NCBI GenBank assembly: GCA_949282275.1 | Contig: CASDOO010000020.1 | Span: forward strand, 4,965 to 68,964 | DNA length: 64,000 nt | Direction: 5' to 3' | Source of the DNA: an uncultured Bacillota bacterium | GTDB lineage: Bacteria > Bacillota_I > Bacilli_A > RFN20 > CAG-288 | In this document: in pieces, positions 30,158-40,365 of the stretch | Layout: the number at the start of each line of letters is the position of its first letter | How positions within the stretch are numbered: position 1 is the first letter of the stretch | Made by a program: the position numbers and the translations under genes | Notes under the pieces: generated by a model | Told to the model about the DNA's origin: nothing | What the model saw: the letters and a program-made list of their open reading frames with translations, nothing else | The model's database searches: none

Positions 30158-30186
30158 ATTCTAATCTATCAAAATAGGCGATTCAA
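30158..30186 (-). promoter_or_regulatory. Sigma-A promoter of the 10-gene operon
   Basis: TTGAAT(30186-30181)-17 nt-TAGAAT(30163-30158), upstream of the SD. Confidence 0.65.
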
Positions 30187-30408
30187 TCAATTACAAATTT
30201 ACGAAAACGAAAATGCGGAGGGGGGTTATGTGAAAAGATAAAGGAAATTTTGCAATATAAGTATTTATTTATTCCACTTTTGGTTTTTGACTTTTACGTT
30301 GTTCTTGTTTTGAAAAGGCAAAAGCTGTTTTAAGAAAGGACACGCCTTAAATTGTAAATACTGCAAGAGAACTTTCGAAACTTGGGATATGTCGGCGCAA
30401 TATGGCAC

Positions 30409-31170
30409 TTAGTCCAATTTTGAATGATTCCGTCGAATCCATGGATAGATGCCCCATTCGATGGGATCAGGTTCGTAGTAGCGGAAGAGAGAACGGTTGA
30501 TGGTATAGAAGGCAAAGGAGAGGAGGATGGCCAATGCCAGGATGAAGACCGTCGTTAGGCTTTGGACAAGAGGGGAGACTATCATCTCCGGGAAGATATA
30601 GCTAAGCAATGTTCCGTCGACCATCTTGAGGACGACGTAGCTTCCTTTCGGGATGCCGGGATAGAGGATGTCTTCCTTGACGAGATAGGCAAAGAGAAGG
30701 ACAAGGAGGATGCCTGTCGTGGAATAAAGCAATGCCCGTTTCTTGTAGCGCCTTATGCCAAAGAGCATGACAAGGCCGCAGAAGAGAAGGAGACCATGAA
30801 TTACCATGCCCTGGATGATCGTGAACTCGTCGAGTCCGGACATCATCGAGTCTGGACTTGCCATGGCACCGATGAAATAGCCAATGGCACAGACCGTGGA
30901 AAGGAAGCCGGCGAAGAACTGAAGCTGCGGAATGCCGGAAAGAAGGATACCGGCCTGGGTAAAGTAGGCGATATGGCTGATTTCGATGGGATAGACCGAT
31001 TGGCCGTCGATGGCATAATAGGAAAACTGGATGGCACGATAGATGCCAAGCGAAAGGGCGACGATGAAGACGATAGGAAGGGCGATGCGTCTCTTCATCA
31101 AAGGAATGGACAAAAGGGCAAGGACAAGGAAGATGCCGATGATGAGGAGGCGATAAGACATATGATCCAT
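30409..31170 (-). CDS. Integral membrane protein (YwaF/TMEM164-like)
   Basis: About 7 TM; 'YPIEISHI' and a later 'HG' resemble the family's conserved positions. Confidence 0.55.
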   Translation of the reverse strand: MDHMSYRLLIIGIFLVLALLSIPLMKRRIALPIVFIVALSLGIYRAIQFSYYAIDGQSVYPIEISHIAYFTQAGILLSGIPQLQFFAGFLSTVCAIGYFIGAMASPDSMMSGLDEFTIIQGMVIHGLLLFCGLVMLFGIRRYKKRALLYSTTGILLVLLFAYLVKEDILYPGIPKGSYVVLKMVDGTLLSYIFPEMIVSPLVQSLTTVFILALAILLSFAFYTINRSLFRYYEPDPIEWGIYPWIRRNHSKLD

Positions 31171-31420
31171 AATGGCACTCCTTTTTCAATGAAAGCACAA
31201 AAACGAAAGGATGGAAAGGAAAATCATGAATCCCCAACAATCCAAAACGGAGATTCCGAAATGAAATATGGAAAACGAAAAGAACGAAAATGACGATAGC
31301 ATCCGCATAAATCAGCCTTTCCCGAAAACAAAGAAGGAAATCCATCATGACGGCAATTTCCTTGTTGCAACATCAAGAGGGCGACATTAGAATATTTCCT
31401 AATAATTTGAGAGGTTCCAC

Positions 31421-31996
31421 ATGATCGTAATCACAGGACCGTCGGCTTCCGGAAAGACCGCAACGTGCCTCTTCCTTCAAGCCCATTTCGGAATTCGCAA
31501 GGTCGTCACCCATACGACACGTCCGCTGCGTACTGGGGAAAAGGACGGCATCGACTACCATTTCGTCGACAAGGAAGAATTCCTGAGGATGAAGGAAAAC
31601 GACGAATTCGTCGAGACGGTCTTTTACAATGGAAACTACTATGGAACCTCCCGCAAGGAAGTCCGCATCGACAAGTGCCTTGCCGTCGAGCTCAACGGCG
31701 CCAAGGTCTACAAGTCCCTGGATGACCCAAGGATCGTTCTCTTCTATCTTTGTGCCAACGAGAAGCAGAGAGAGGAGAGGATGAAGGAAAGGGGCGATGC
31801 CCCGGAGAAGATCGCTGCCCGTCTTGTCAACGACAGGGATGCCTTCCAGATGGACGAGGACATGAAGGAAATGGTCGATTGCTTCATCGATACGGAAAAG
31901 CATGACCTTGAGGAGGTCAGCCGCATCATCTTCGCCAAGTATCTCGAGATCCTCAAGGAACGGAACATCGAATTCCATCCGGATTGCCAGGACTAG
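31421..31996 (+). CDS. gmk: Guanylate kinase
   Basis: 'GPSASGKT', 'THTTRPLRTGEKDGIDYHF', 'YYGTS'. Confidence 0.9.
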   Translation: MIVITGPSASGKTATCLFLQAHFGIRKVVTHTTRPLRTGEKDGIDYHFVDKEEFLRMKENDEFVETVFYNGNYYGTSRKEVRIDKCLAVELNGAKVYKSLDDPRIVLFYLCANEKQREERMKERGDAPEKIAARLVNDRDAFQMDEDMKEMVDCFIDTEKHDLEEVSRIIFAKYLEILKERNIEFHPDCQD

Positions 31997-32016
31997 CCGA
32001 TAAATCTTGAGCTGTC

Positions 32017-32040
32017 GCCCCTTGTTATGAGGGGCTTTTT
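32017..32040 (+). terminator. Intrinsic terminator after gmk
   Basis: GCCCCTT-gttat-GAGGGGC followed by TTTTT. Confidence 0.8.
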
Positions 32041-32562
32041 CAATGTTGGGAGATAAAAAGCAACCTCTTTCTAAATAAGATGAATGGAATAAGTATTAAA
32101 GACGATAAAAAAAGAAAAGAAAATCAAAAGCCGTACCGATAAAATACATAAATATCATGACATTGTTTTGTCAAACTATCTCTATTGGACAAGGAAAGTC
32201 CAATCCTTTTCGACCGGGATTCGGAGATGAACGATTCCTGGATGGCTGTTGTTGGCCATAGAAGCCTTTCCTTGGCGGATAGCAACCTAAAACTAAGAAT
32301 GTGGCTGTTTGGGAAACAACCTCCGTCAACTTGTACATTGTTTCGCGAAAATGCGACAAACACTTGATAAAAAGCTGCCTTGAACGCTGTCAAGCGAGGG
32401 AGAGATTTCTTTTTGGCGGCCCCTTTGCGATGGCTGAATCGGCAAAAATGGCTGATGGTTAGGCATTCTTTCCGCTAGCGCAGTCTTTCCTTGCTCGAAG
32501 TTGTTTCCACGTACCGGGTTGTTTGCGAAATGCGCCCTATAATGGGGACACAGGTGATCGAC

Positions 32563-33822
32563 ATGACAATACAGGACAGAGTGATTCTTGCCATCGATTT
32601 GAAGTCCTTCTACGCTTCCGTGGAATGCCTCTCCAGAGGACTCGATCCTTTCAGGACGCCCCTTGTGGTTGCCGATCTCTCAAGAGGGGACGGGACAATC
32701 GTCCTGGCTTCCTCGCCCTATATCCGCAAGAAATACCATGTCCCGTCCCGCTGTCGGCTAAGGGAGGTCGACAAGACGATTCCTGGATTGATCGTGGCAA
32801 GGCCGCACATGGAGACCTATCTGGAATACAGCGCCAAGGTGAACGCCATCTATCTGGACTATATCGACGAAAAGGACATGCATGTCTATTCCATCGACGA
32901 ATCCTTCCTCGACGTGACCCATTACCTCAAGAGGCATGGGGATACGCCGGAAAGCTATGCCCGGAAGATCATCGCCGACATCCGCCGCAAGCTCGGCCTT
33001 GTCGTTACCTGCGGCATCGGAAAGAACCTGTTCATGGCAAAGGCATGCATGGACATCGAGGCCAAGAAGAAAGAGGACTTCCTTGCCCAATGGGACTATC
33101 GGGACATTCCCGAGAAGCTCTGGCCTGTGACGCCCTTAAGCCGCATGTGGGGGATTGGGACCCGCCTTGAAAGGAGGCTCAATGCCCTTGGCTTCCATTC
33201 CATCGGGGACATCGCCATGGCGGACAGGAACTACCTCGTTTCCAAGTTCGGCGTCATCGGCGAGGAAATCTACTATCATTCCCTGGGCTATGACGACGCC
33301 CGGATCCAGGAGAAGTATGTGCCGAAGGAAAGTTCCCTCTCTGTCGGCGAGGTCCTTCTTCGGGACTATGGCCGTGATGAGATACCGCGCGTGTTGAACG
33401 ACCTTTCCATCGAGCTTGCCGACCGATTGCTCATGGAGGGGAAGAAGGCCAAGGAAATCCACGTCGGAATCGGCTACAAGGATCATGACGGCTATGCCTT
33501 TCGCCTTCTCTTCCAGGACCCCGTCGATTCGCCAAGTCCCATCGCCCGCAAAGCCATCCGCCTTTTTCTTTCCCGGAAGGAAGCAGAGGAGAAAAGCTAT
33601 CGGCAGGTCCACCTTGTCGCCGTCGATGTCGTTTCCGCATATTGCTATCAGGGAAGCCTCTTCGAAGACTACGAAAAGGAGAGAAGGCAAGCCGACCTGG
33701 AGAAGACGCTGATGACGATCCGGAAGACATACGGGACGATGAAGGCCATGCCCTGTTCGGCATTGTGCCTGGGTTCGACATTCATCCAAAGAGACAACCA
33801 GATAGGAGGACACCATCGATGA
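32563..33822 (+). CDS. Y-family DNA polymerase (UmuC/UvrX/PolY2-like)
   Basis: 'IDLKSFYASVE', 'YSIDESFLD', 'GIGKNLFMAK', 'WGIG', C-terminal 'IGGH'. Confidence 0.92.
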   Translation: MTIQDRVILAIDLKSFYASVECLSRGLDPFRTPLVVADLSRGDGTIVLASSPYIRKKYHVPSRCRLREVDKTIPGLIVARPHMETYLEYSAKVNAIYLDYIDEKDMHVYSIDESFLDVTHYLKRHGDTPESYARKIIADIRRKLGLVVTCGIGKNLFMAKACMDIEAKKKEDFLAQWDYRDIPEKLWPVTPLSRMWGIGTRLERRLNALGFHSIGDIAMADRNYLVSKFGVIGEEIYYHSLGYDDARIQEKYVPKESSLSVGEVLLRDYGRDEIPRVLNDLSIELADRLLMEGKKAKEIHVGIGYKDHDGYAFRLLFQDPVDSPSPIARKAIRLFLSRKEAEEKSYRQVHLVAVDVVSAYCYQGSLFEDYEKERRQADLEKTLMTIRKTYGTMKAMPCSALCLGSTFIQRDNQIGGHHR

Positions 33823-34124
33823 GAGGCATGGCAAAATGGCTGCCGTTCAAGTCACTCAAGGGACAGTACGACATTCTCGACAGGTCCAAAAGGGAAAGAA
33901 GGAAAGTCGAACGACCGGAGCTTTCCGAGGATGGCGAAGAGGAGATCGACCATGTCCTTCGTCTTCTTCGGAAGGGAGACAGGACCATGGTGACCTTCTA
34001 TTGCAACGGCGAGATACTGACGCGCGAGGAGGTCTTCCTTAGGACGGACAATCAGGAAAGGCGCATCTATTTCCTCGGCTTTTCCCTGACGCTTGGAAAC
34101 CTTCTTTCCCTGAAGAAGGCATGA
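33819..34124 (+). CDS. YolD-like protein
   Basis: 'RGMAKWLPFKSL' and 'RPELSED..EEI'; ATGA overlap with the polymerase stop. Confidence 0.8.
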   Translation: MRGMAKWLPFKSLKGQYDILDRSKRERRKVERPELSEDGEEEIDHVLRLLRKGDRTMVTFYCNGEILTREEVFLRTDNQERRIYFLGFSLTLGNLLSLKKA

Positions 34125-34265
34125 GAGATTTCGAAAACGTGTTTGCATTTTGGATGGTTGCGGAAAAAAGAAGGTGAAGGAGGCAATAGTGACGGGAAGG
34201 AAAGTAATTCTTTACTTCTGTATATAGAATAATCTATACTACTCGTTGGCTTTCCTTTGAAAGCC

Positions 34266-34324
34266 GTATACTTTCTTGCCGATCCCTGATGTAGGACCGG
34301 CCGAGAAGACCATAGGGAGGTATA
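34266..34324 (+). ncRNA. S6:S18 ribosomal protein leader (autoregulatory RNA)
   Basis: TATACTTTCTT can pair with AGGGAGGTATA (covering the SD); inner GCCG/CGGC stem with CCG motif; directly upstream of rpsF. Confidence 0.6.
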
Positions 34325-34328
34325 ACGC

Positions 34329-34610
34329 ATGAAGAATTACGAAATCATGTACATTCTTGCGCCGACCCTCGATGAAGCTGGCATCAAGACCACGATCGAG
34401 AGCCTTCACAAGATCCTCACCGACAATGGTGCCAAGATCACCGGCGTCAAGGAGTGGGGCATGAAAGACCTGGCCTATCCGATCAAGAAGCAGACGAAGG
34501 GCTATTATGCCATCGTCAACTTCGAGGCCGAGCCCGTTGCCGTCAACGAGTTCGACCGCATCGTCAAGCTGGATACCAGAGTCTTGAGATTCCTTGTCAC
34601 TGTCTGCTGA
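34329..34610 (+). CDS. rpsF: 30S ribosomal protein S6
   Basis: 'YEIMYIL', 'WGMKDLAYPIKK...GYY', 'VLRFL'. Confidence 0.97.
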   Translation: MKNYEIMYILAPTLDEAGIKTTIESLHKILTDNGAKITGVKEWGMKDLAYPIKKQTKGYYAIVNFEAEPVAVNEFDRIVKLDTRVLRFLVTVC

Positions 34611-34632
34611 CAGAATCAAAGGAGAAAAGAAA

Positions 34633-35055
34633 ATGGCTGGACTCAATCGTGTCGTGTTGGTCGGTAGGATGGTTCGCGATCCGGAACTGAAGAGAACGAA
34701 TTCCGGAACGTCGGTCACGTCCTTCACCATCGCCGTCGACAACCTCACCAAGGCCGGCAACGAAAGGAGCGCAAGCTTCATTCCTTGCACGAGCTGGAAC
34801 AAGACTGCCGAGAATGTCGCCAAGTATTGCTCCAAGGGCACCTTGGTCGGCGTGGACGGCAGGCTCAACCAGAGAAGCTACGAGGACAAGAGCGGACAGA
34901 AGCGCTCGGTCGTGGAAGTCATTGCCGAGTCTGTCCAGTTCCTTGAGCGCAAGGGAGCCAATGAGGAAGGCGAGTCCCAGCCCGAAGAAACCACTGCCAA
35001 GAGCACGGTCGCCCATGAGGGCATCGATTCCTCGGACGACGACCTGCCCTTCTAG
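34633..35055 (+). CDS. ssb: Single-stranded DNA-binding protein
   Basis: 'LNRVVLVGR..RDPEL', C-terminal 'DDDLPF'. Confidence 0.97.
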   Translation: MAGLNRVVLVGRMVRDPELKRTNSGTSVTSFTIAVDNLTKAGNERSASFIPCTSWNKTAENVAKYCSKGTLVGVDGRLNQRSYEDKSGQKRSVVEVIAESVQFLERKGANEEGESQPEETTAKSTVAHEGIDSSDDDLPF

Positions 35056-35092
35056 CCAATCCATAGGTATTGGCGGAAAGGATTGAACAAGA

Positions 35093-35317
35093 ATGTATCG
35101 TAGACCCAAGCCCAGAAAGAAGATCTGCTACTTCTGCAAGAATCACGTCGACCATGTCGACTACAAGGACGTCGAGCTCCTCAGGAAGTACATCTCTCCT
35201 TCCGGAAAGATCACGGCCCGTCGTATCACGGGAACCTGCAGCAAGCACCAGAGAATGATCGCCACCGCGATCAAGCGTGCTCGCTTCATGGCTCTTCTTC
35301 CTTACGTCGCCGACTAA
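35093..35317 (+). CDS. rpsR: 30S ribosomal protein S18 (Cys-containing form)
   Basis: 'CYFC...VDYKD...GKI..RRITGTC.KHQR...AIKRAR..ALLPY'. Confidence 0.97.
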   Translation: MYRRPKPRKKICYFCKNHVDHVDYKDVELLRKYISPSGKITARRITGTCSKHQRMIATAIKRARFMALLPYVAD

Positions 35318-35340
35318 TCCCACAGAAGAACGAAAACAAG

Positions 35341-35367
35341 ACCCGGCTTGCATCGGCCGGGTTTTTC
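35341..35367 (+). terminator. Intrinsic terminator after rpsR
   Basis: ACCCGGC...GCCGGGT followed by TTTT. Confidence 0.8.
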
Positions 35368-35412
35368 TGTTGTCTTAAGCGCCAGTGTCTATGCGTCTTC
35401 AATCCATTCCGA

Positions 35413-36671
35413 CTAGAAGTCCAGGCTGTATTCGTATTCGTTCATGAGAAAATCATAGATGCCCATTGTCGTTATTCCGTTCTCGTCTCTTGTGACATGG
35501 ATGACGTCTTTGACGACGATGATTTTCTTGAAGGAATCCTTTACGTTTATCAAAGGAAACTTTCTTGATGTTGTTTTTCGATAGTCGGCATGGAAAAGGC
35601 GGATTGGATGTAATAGCGTTTGCTTCCTAAATTGGCAATGAAATCAATCTCATAGGATCTTCGGACTTGTTTATCCCCAGCATAGGTCTCTCTTCTTTCT
35701 ACGACGCCAACGTCAACATTAAAACCTCGATACCGCAGTTCATTATAGATGATGTTTTCCATAAGATGATTTTCTTCTGTTTGTCGGAAACCAAGTCGGG
35801 CATTTCGAAGGCCTATGTCTTCGAAATAGAATTTCATTGGTGTCCCAATATGTTTTCTGCCTTTCACATCATAGCAATGGGCCTTGGAGATAATGAAGGC
35901 ATCCTCCAGACAATCGATATATTCTCTAATGGTATTGATACTTATTTTTGATTTCAAAACACTCTTGAATGTCTGTTGCATCTTAGGGGCATTGGACAAA
36001 GAACCGGCCTGTGAAGCCAAAATGTTGATTAGATCATCCAATTCTTGGCTTTTCAAAATGTGATGGTGTTCAAGGATATCTTTTATATAGGTCTCTTTGA
36101 ACAAATTTGTCAAATAATCAATTTTTTGTTTTTCGGACTTCATTGTCGATATAAGGGGCAATCCACCATATAGGACATAGTCCGCCCAGGCGTGATAGAT
36201 ATCTCCTTCATAAACCTGCATAAACTCTTTGAAGGTCAAGGGATAGACATGAATCTCGTCTCCTCTTCCTCGAAATTCCGTGATGATATTTTTTGAAAGA
36301 AATCTGGAATTGCTCCCGGTTACATAAATATCGACATTTGGTATATGAAGCAGGGAATTCAATACCTCCTCAAAATCGTTTAGCATCTGGACTTCATCCA
36401 ACAGAATGAAGTATTGCCCATTGTCCTGAATCAAAGATTCAAGATGTTCCAAAAGGATATCCGGATTTCGGTATTTTCTGTTCTTCCGCAAATCCAATTC
36501 GATTTTGATTATGTGGGAATCCGGGACGTTTTGGGCCAAAAGATAATCATAGAATAACTTGAACAACAAGTAGGATTTGCCGGATCGTCTAATGCCGGTT
36601 ATTACCTTTATCATCCCGTTGTTCATTCGGTTGATCAAATCCGTCAAATATCTGTGTCTGGCGATTTCCAT
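35413..36671 (-). pseudogene. AAA_14/DUF4143 ATPase with a frameshift near the C-terminus
   Basis: 'GIRRSGKS', 'LLDEVQ', 'YGGLP', 'EIDFIA'. ORF stops at 35550, but adding one base near 35562 restores 'EKFPLINVKDSFKKIIVVKD...DFL' to TAG at 35413. Confidence 0.75.
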
Positions 36672-36830
36672 GTCCCCCTTTTTTTGATTATTTTTGTCAG
36701 TTCTGCCGTTTTTAGTCAAAGTGACTTTGCTGAGGAATTTGGGTTATTGAATGGATTTTATTATGAATATATCAAACGTATTGTTTCTCTTGTGGATGAT
36801 GAGTCGGATATAAGGCTTTCTGGCACAAAG

Positions 36831-36862
36831 AAAAAGCCACTGTCCCGAAAGGAACAGTGGCT
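36831..36862 (-). terminator. Intrinsic terminator of the sugar transporter gene
   Basis: Minus strand AGCCACTGT...ACAGTGGCT followed by a T-tract. Confidence 0.8.
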
Positions 36863-36880
36863 GTGCGGATGGGAATGCGT

Positions 36881-38872
36881 TTACTGCAGGTTGGCCTGGC
36901 GAATGGCGGCGCTTTCCTCTCTTAGGACGAGGAATTCCTCCTCGATGCGTCTTTCCTTCTGGGCCTTCCTTTCGGCTTTTCTGTCATAGGCCTGTTTTTC
37001 TTCAGGACTCATGGCGGCAAGGCGAGACTGGAGTTCTTCTTCCTTCAGGCGCTTCTGCTCTTCTTTCTTGGCCTGAGCCTCGGCCTTTCTCTTGGCGTTG
37101 GCTTCGGCCTTGATACGTCTGTCTTCCTCGAACTTCTTCAGTTCTTCCTCGAAGTCGAGTTTCTTCAGTTCGCCAGTCGGCTTTCCTTCCTGGACGAGCT
37201 TGTCGTATTTGGCGTTGTTCGTTTCGCAGCGCTTCTTGAGAAAGGCGATCTTTTCCTGATGGACGGCTTCCTCGGCCTCGGCCTGTTCCTGAAGCATGCG
37301 GGTTTCCGGCTCGATCCATTCGGCACCGTTCTTGAGGGCGACGGTCTTCTGGTCCTCAAGGATGACCTTCTTGTCGAGCAGGGAGAACTTCTCGACGTTC
37401 ATGAAGAGGAACATGATGGCGATGATCAGATAGCAGATGGATTCGCCGCCGAAGAAGAGGAAGGTGTTGGCAAGCTGCTGGTTGGCGACGCTGTTGACGA
37501 TGGAAGGCATGGTGTTGACGAGGTTGATGATGGCATTGGCAATACCGGGCATGGCGACCATGATGGAACCATAGACGGCCATCGTGAAGCCGTCGGTTCT
37601 CTTTCCGTAGAGGGCTTCCTGGTGTTCGAGGACATCGGAGAGAAGGGCCATGGAGATGTACATGGCAGGGACGGTGCCAAGGGCCTTGAGGCAGAAGCTG
37701 GCAATGGAGATGCCCCAGACAGCGGTTTCGTTGGCGCTGAAGGGGAGAACGAGGAAGCCAAGGCATCCCAGGACGAAGGCCATGATGCCACCGACCTTGA
37801 TGCAATTGGCCTTTCCGAACTTGCGGGCGAGAGGCCAGATGACGAGCATGCCGAGCGCTGTCGGAATGGCACCGACCGTATTGATCGTGCCGGAGAGCTT
37901 CATGTCGCCGTTGGTGAAGGCTTGGGAGAACCAAGAGGCATCGTTGTTCTTGAGCATGCCACCGAGCTGGTAGAGGAAGTAGAAGACGATGATGAACCAC
38001 CAGAACTTGTCCTGGACACAGATCTTGGCCTGGGCCTTCATCGGAATCTTCTTTTCCTGAAGGGCAGGGTTGTCGGGGTTGGCCATGCGAAGCTTGACCT
38101 TCTCTTCGGTGATTCTTTCGCGGGTAAAGAAGTATTCGACAAGGCAACCGATGACGAGGGCAACGATCATGATCACCATGATGATGACCCATTTGCCATT
38201 GGCAGCTTCTCTGGCGGCTTCGTCGGCAAGACTATTGTTCGGGCCGGTCGGAAGCAGACCGAGGGCGCTGACAAGGAAGGGGCCGATCATGCCGGCAATG
38301 CCGGAAGCGACAAGCTGGGCAGCATTGGAAGCCGTGGCGAGGAGCGAACGTTTCGAACTGTCTCTGGTGGAAAGGTTGACGAGGGCGGAATGGGAAGTGT
38401 AATAGAACGGATAGGCGAAGGCATAGTAGAGGTTATAGCCGACGGCGATGAAGATGATCGTCAGCCAATTGGGGTTTTCCACCGTCGCGCCTTTCGGGAA
38501 GGGGACGAGGAAGAGAAGGAGAAGGGCGATGGCAATAAGAGGCATGCCAACAAGAAGCAAAGGTCTTGCCTTGCCGGCAATGGAAGGCTTTCTTTCGATC
38601 AGCCTGCCGATGGAAAGGTTGCCGATGACGATGATGATGGCCGAGATGATGGGAAGGAGGGTGGGGAAGAGATTCATCCATTGTCCAAGGCCAAGGACGC
38701 GGACCCAATACTGGGAAAGATAGGTGTTGACGATACCGTTTGCCATTAAGGCTAAGGCGGGGCCGAGCAGATAGCCAAGGGCAGTCTCCGGGAACAGCTT
38801 GACATCCGCCGTCTTGATCTTGGTCGAGAGCAGCGGCGTTTCGAATAGGCTCTTCTTCTGAGTTTTTTCCAT
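36881..38872 (-). CDS. Glycoside-pentoside-hexuronide (MFS_2) transporter with long charged C-terminal tail
   Basis: 'GKARPLLL', 'LSTRDSSKRS', 'TRERITEE', 'LLSDVLEH..GKRTDG'; about 12 TM then an E/K/R-rich tail. Confidence 0.85.
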   Translation of the reverse strand: MEKTQKKSLFETPLLSTKIKTADVKLFPETALGYLLGPALALMANGIVNTYLSQYWVRVLGLGQWMNLFPTLLPIISAIIIVIGNLSIGRLIERKPSIAGKARPLLLVGMPLIAIALLLLFLVPFPKGATVENPNWLTIIFIAVGYNLYYAFAYPFYYTSHSALVNLSTRDSSKRSLLATASNAAQLVASGIAGMIGPFLVSALGLLPTGPNNSLADEAAREAANGKWVIIMVIMIVALVIGCLVEYFFTRERITEEKVKLRMANPDNPALQEKKIPMKAQAKICVQDKFWWFIIVFYFLYQLGGMLKNNDASWFSQAFTNGDMKLSGTINTVGAIPTALGMLVIWPLARKFGKANCIKVGGIMAFVLGCLGFLVLPFSANETAVWGISIASFCLKALGTVPAMYISMALLSDVLEHQEALYGKRTDGFTMAVYGSIMVAMPGIANAIINLVNTMPSIVNSVANQQLANTFLFFGGESICYLIIAIMFLFMNVEKFSLLDKKVILEDQKTVALKNGAEWIEPETRMLQEQAEAEEAVHQEKIAFLKKRCETNNAKYDKLVQEGKPTGELKKLDFEEELKKFEEDRRIKAEANAKRKAEAQAKKEEQKRLKEEELQSRLAAMSPEEKQAYDRKAERKAQKERRIEEEFLVLREESAAIRQANLQ

Positions 38873-38953
38873 AGGGATTTCCCTTTCGAGTTCCTTTCTG
38901 CCGAAAAGGAAAGAACCCTTTCCGACGGACGGCATACAAAACGTCGGAACTAA

Positions 38954-38981
38954 TTATAATAAGCGCTTACATCATTACAAT
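38954..38981 (-). promoter_or_regulatory. Promoter with overlapping cre/LacI-type operator
   Basis: Minus strand TTGTAA-16-TATAAT enclosing TGTAAGCGCTTA (palindrome TAAGCGCTTA at 38960-38969). Confidence 0.65.
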
Positions 38982-39103
38982 TGCAATAAATAATATCAAA
39001 TATTGCAAAACATATCCTATTTATGGAACGATGCTATTTTCCGCTCTCCTTTTGCCATGGCAAAGCCTTTCCTTCTCGTCATGGACAAGGTAAAATCCAC
39101 CAT

Positions 39104-39808
39104 ATGAAAAACTATTCGAAGGAACAGGAAACCAGCTTCGCGATTGGTTTCTTCAGCGTTATCCAGCTTCTGGAAAGCCACCCCGAAAAGGTCGTTTCCG
39201 TCTATGTTGCCGAGGATAGCCTCGAAAGCGACGGCTATCAAAAGATTCTTTCGCTTATTGACAAGAAAAAAATCATCATCTCTTCAAAAGCAATCGAAAG
39301 AATCAGCAAAAAAGAGAATGGCCATGTCATGGCGGAATTCCGGAAATGGCACGAGAATCTCTCTCCTGATGCCGATCATCTTGTGATGGTCAATCCTATG
39401 GACAAGGGGAATCTTGGCAATGCGATGCGCTCCCTTCTGGCTTTCGGTTTTCATGATCTTGCCATCATCGAGCCCTGTGCCGACGACATGGACCCGAAGA
39501 CGATCCGTGCCTCCATGGGCGCTATCTTTCATATCCGGGTCGAACGCTTTCCTTCCTTTGAGGCCTATCTTGCCAAGTATCCCCGGCCTTACTATCCCTT
39601 CGTTCTGCGGAATGCCAAGCCGATGAAGGCCGTTGTCTTCTCCTCGCCGCTTGCCTTGGTCTTCGGAAACGAGGCGACAGGACTTCCCGACGCCATCGGA
39701 AACGAGAACAACGTCTTCATCGAACAATCCGACGAAGTCGATTCCCTTAATCTCACGACATCCATCGCCATTGCCCTTTATCGTCTGAGAATGGACAGGG
39801 GATACTAG
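39104..39808 (+). CDS. TrmH/SpoU-family RNA methyltransferase
   Basis: 'DKGNLGNAMRS', 'RASMGA', 'VFGNEATGL', 'DSLNL'. Confidence 0.9.
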   Translation: MKNYSKEQETSFAIGFFSVIQLLESHPEKVVSVYVAEDSLESDGYQKILSLIDKKKIIISSKAIERISKKENGHVMAEFRKWHENLSPDADHLVMVNPMDKGNLGNAMRSLLAFGFHDLAIIEPCADDMDPKTIRASMGAIFHIRVERFPSFEAYLAKYPRPYYPFVLRNAKPMKAVVFSSPLALVFGNEATGLPDAIGNENNVFIEQSDEVDSLNLTTSIAIALYRLRMDRGY

Positions 39809-40347
39809 AAGAGAGTCATTTGGTCGCTTTCGCCGACGACTTTCAGGCCTTTCGTCCGATAGGAGAGAAGATCTTCCTTCGTTGTCTTTCCTTCGAGATA
39901 GGAGCGGACATGGTCGCGTGGAAGTATAAGAGGCATCCTTTTATGGTAGAAGGCGATTTCCTCTTCCGGTTTTGTCGTTATGATGGCAAATTCGCCATCC
40001 TTGTATAAGCCGGCAAGATAGAGAATGCCATCCGAGAAGAATTCCCTGTCGATGCCGTTTCCATCCGTTTCGAAGAACGAGGAACAGAAAAGGACGCACC
40101 GTCTTTCCTTGAAAGAGGCAAGAAAGAAATCCTTTTGGTCGATGGTCTCGATCCGGGCGTTGAGAACCCTTTTCTGGACGATGTCGAAACCAAAGGAGAG
40201 GGCTCGGATTCGATAATGTCCCTTTTCCAGAATCAAGGCCGGTGCGATGCTTCCTTCCGTGATTTCTTCCTGGAAGTCCTTGTGAAAGCCGGGGATGGAA
40301 TCGAACTTGTTGAGGCTGTCCTTGTCAATGCGATACCGTCTGCACAT
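39805..40347 (-). CDS. SRAP/YedK-family abasic-site processing protein
   Basis: N-terminal M-C-x-R-Y, 'NARIET', 'RRC', 'FFE', 'HKRMPLIL'. Confidence 0.85.
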   Translation of the reverse strand: MCRRYRIDKDSLNKFDSIPGFHKDFQEEITEGSIAPALILEKGHYRIRALSFGFDIVQKRVLNARIETIDQKDFFLASFKERRCVLFCSSFFETDGNGIDREFFSDGILYLAGLYKDGEFAIITTKPEEEIAFYHKRMPLILPRDHVRSYLEGKTTKEDLLSYRTKGLKVVGESDQMTLF

Positions 40348-40365
40348 GTTTTGCCGCTCTTTCTT

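Noticed and set aside
32190-32204. GGAAAGTCC resembling the RNase P RNA conserved region
   Set aside because: The other universal RNase P motifs were not found nearby.
32171-32393. Short ORFs of 60-89 aa in the gmk-polymerase intergenic region
   Set aside because: No convincing SD, motif or composition; the region is better explained as structured non-coding sequence.
32460-32560. LexA/DinR SOS box upstream of the Y-family polymerase
   Set aside because: No GAAC-N4-GTTC match found.
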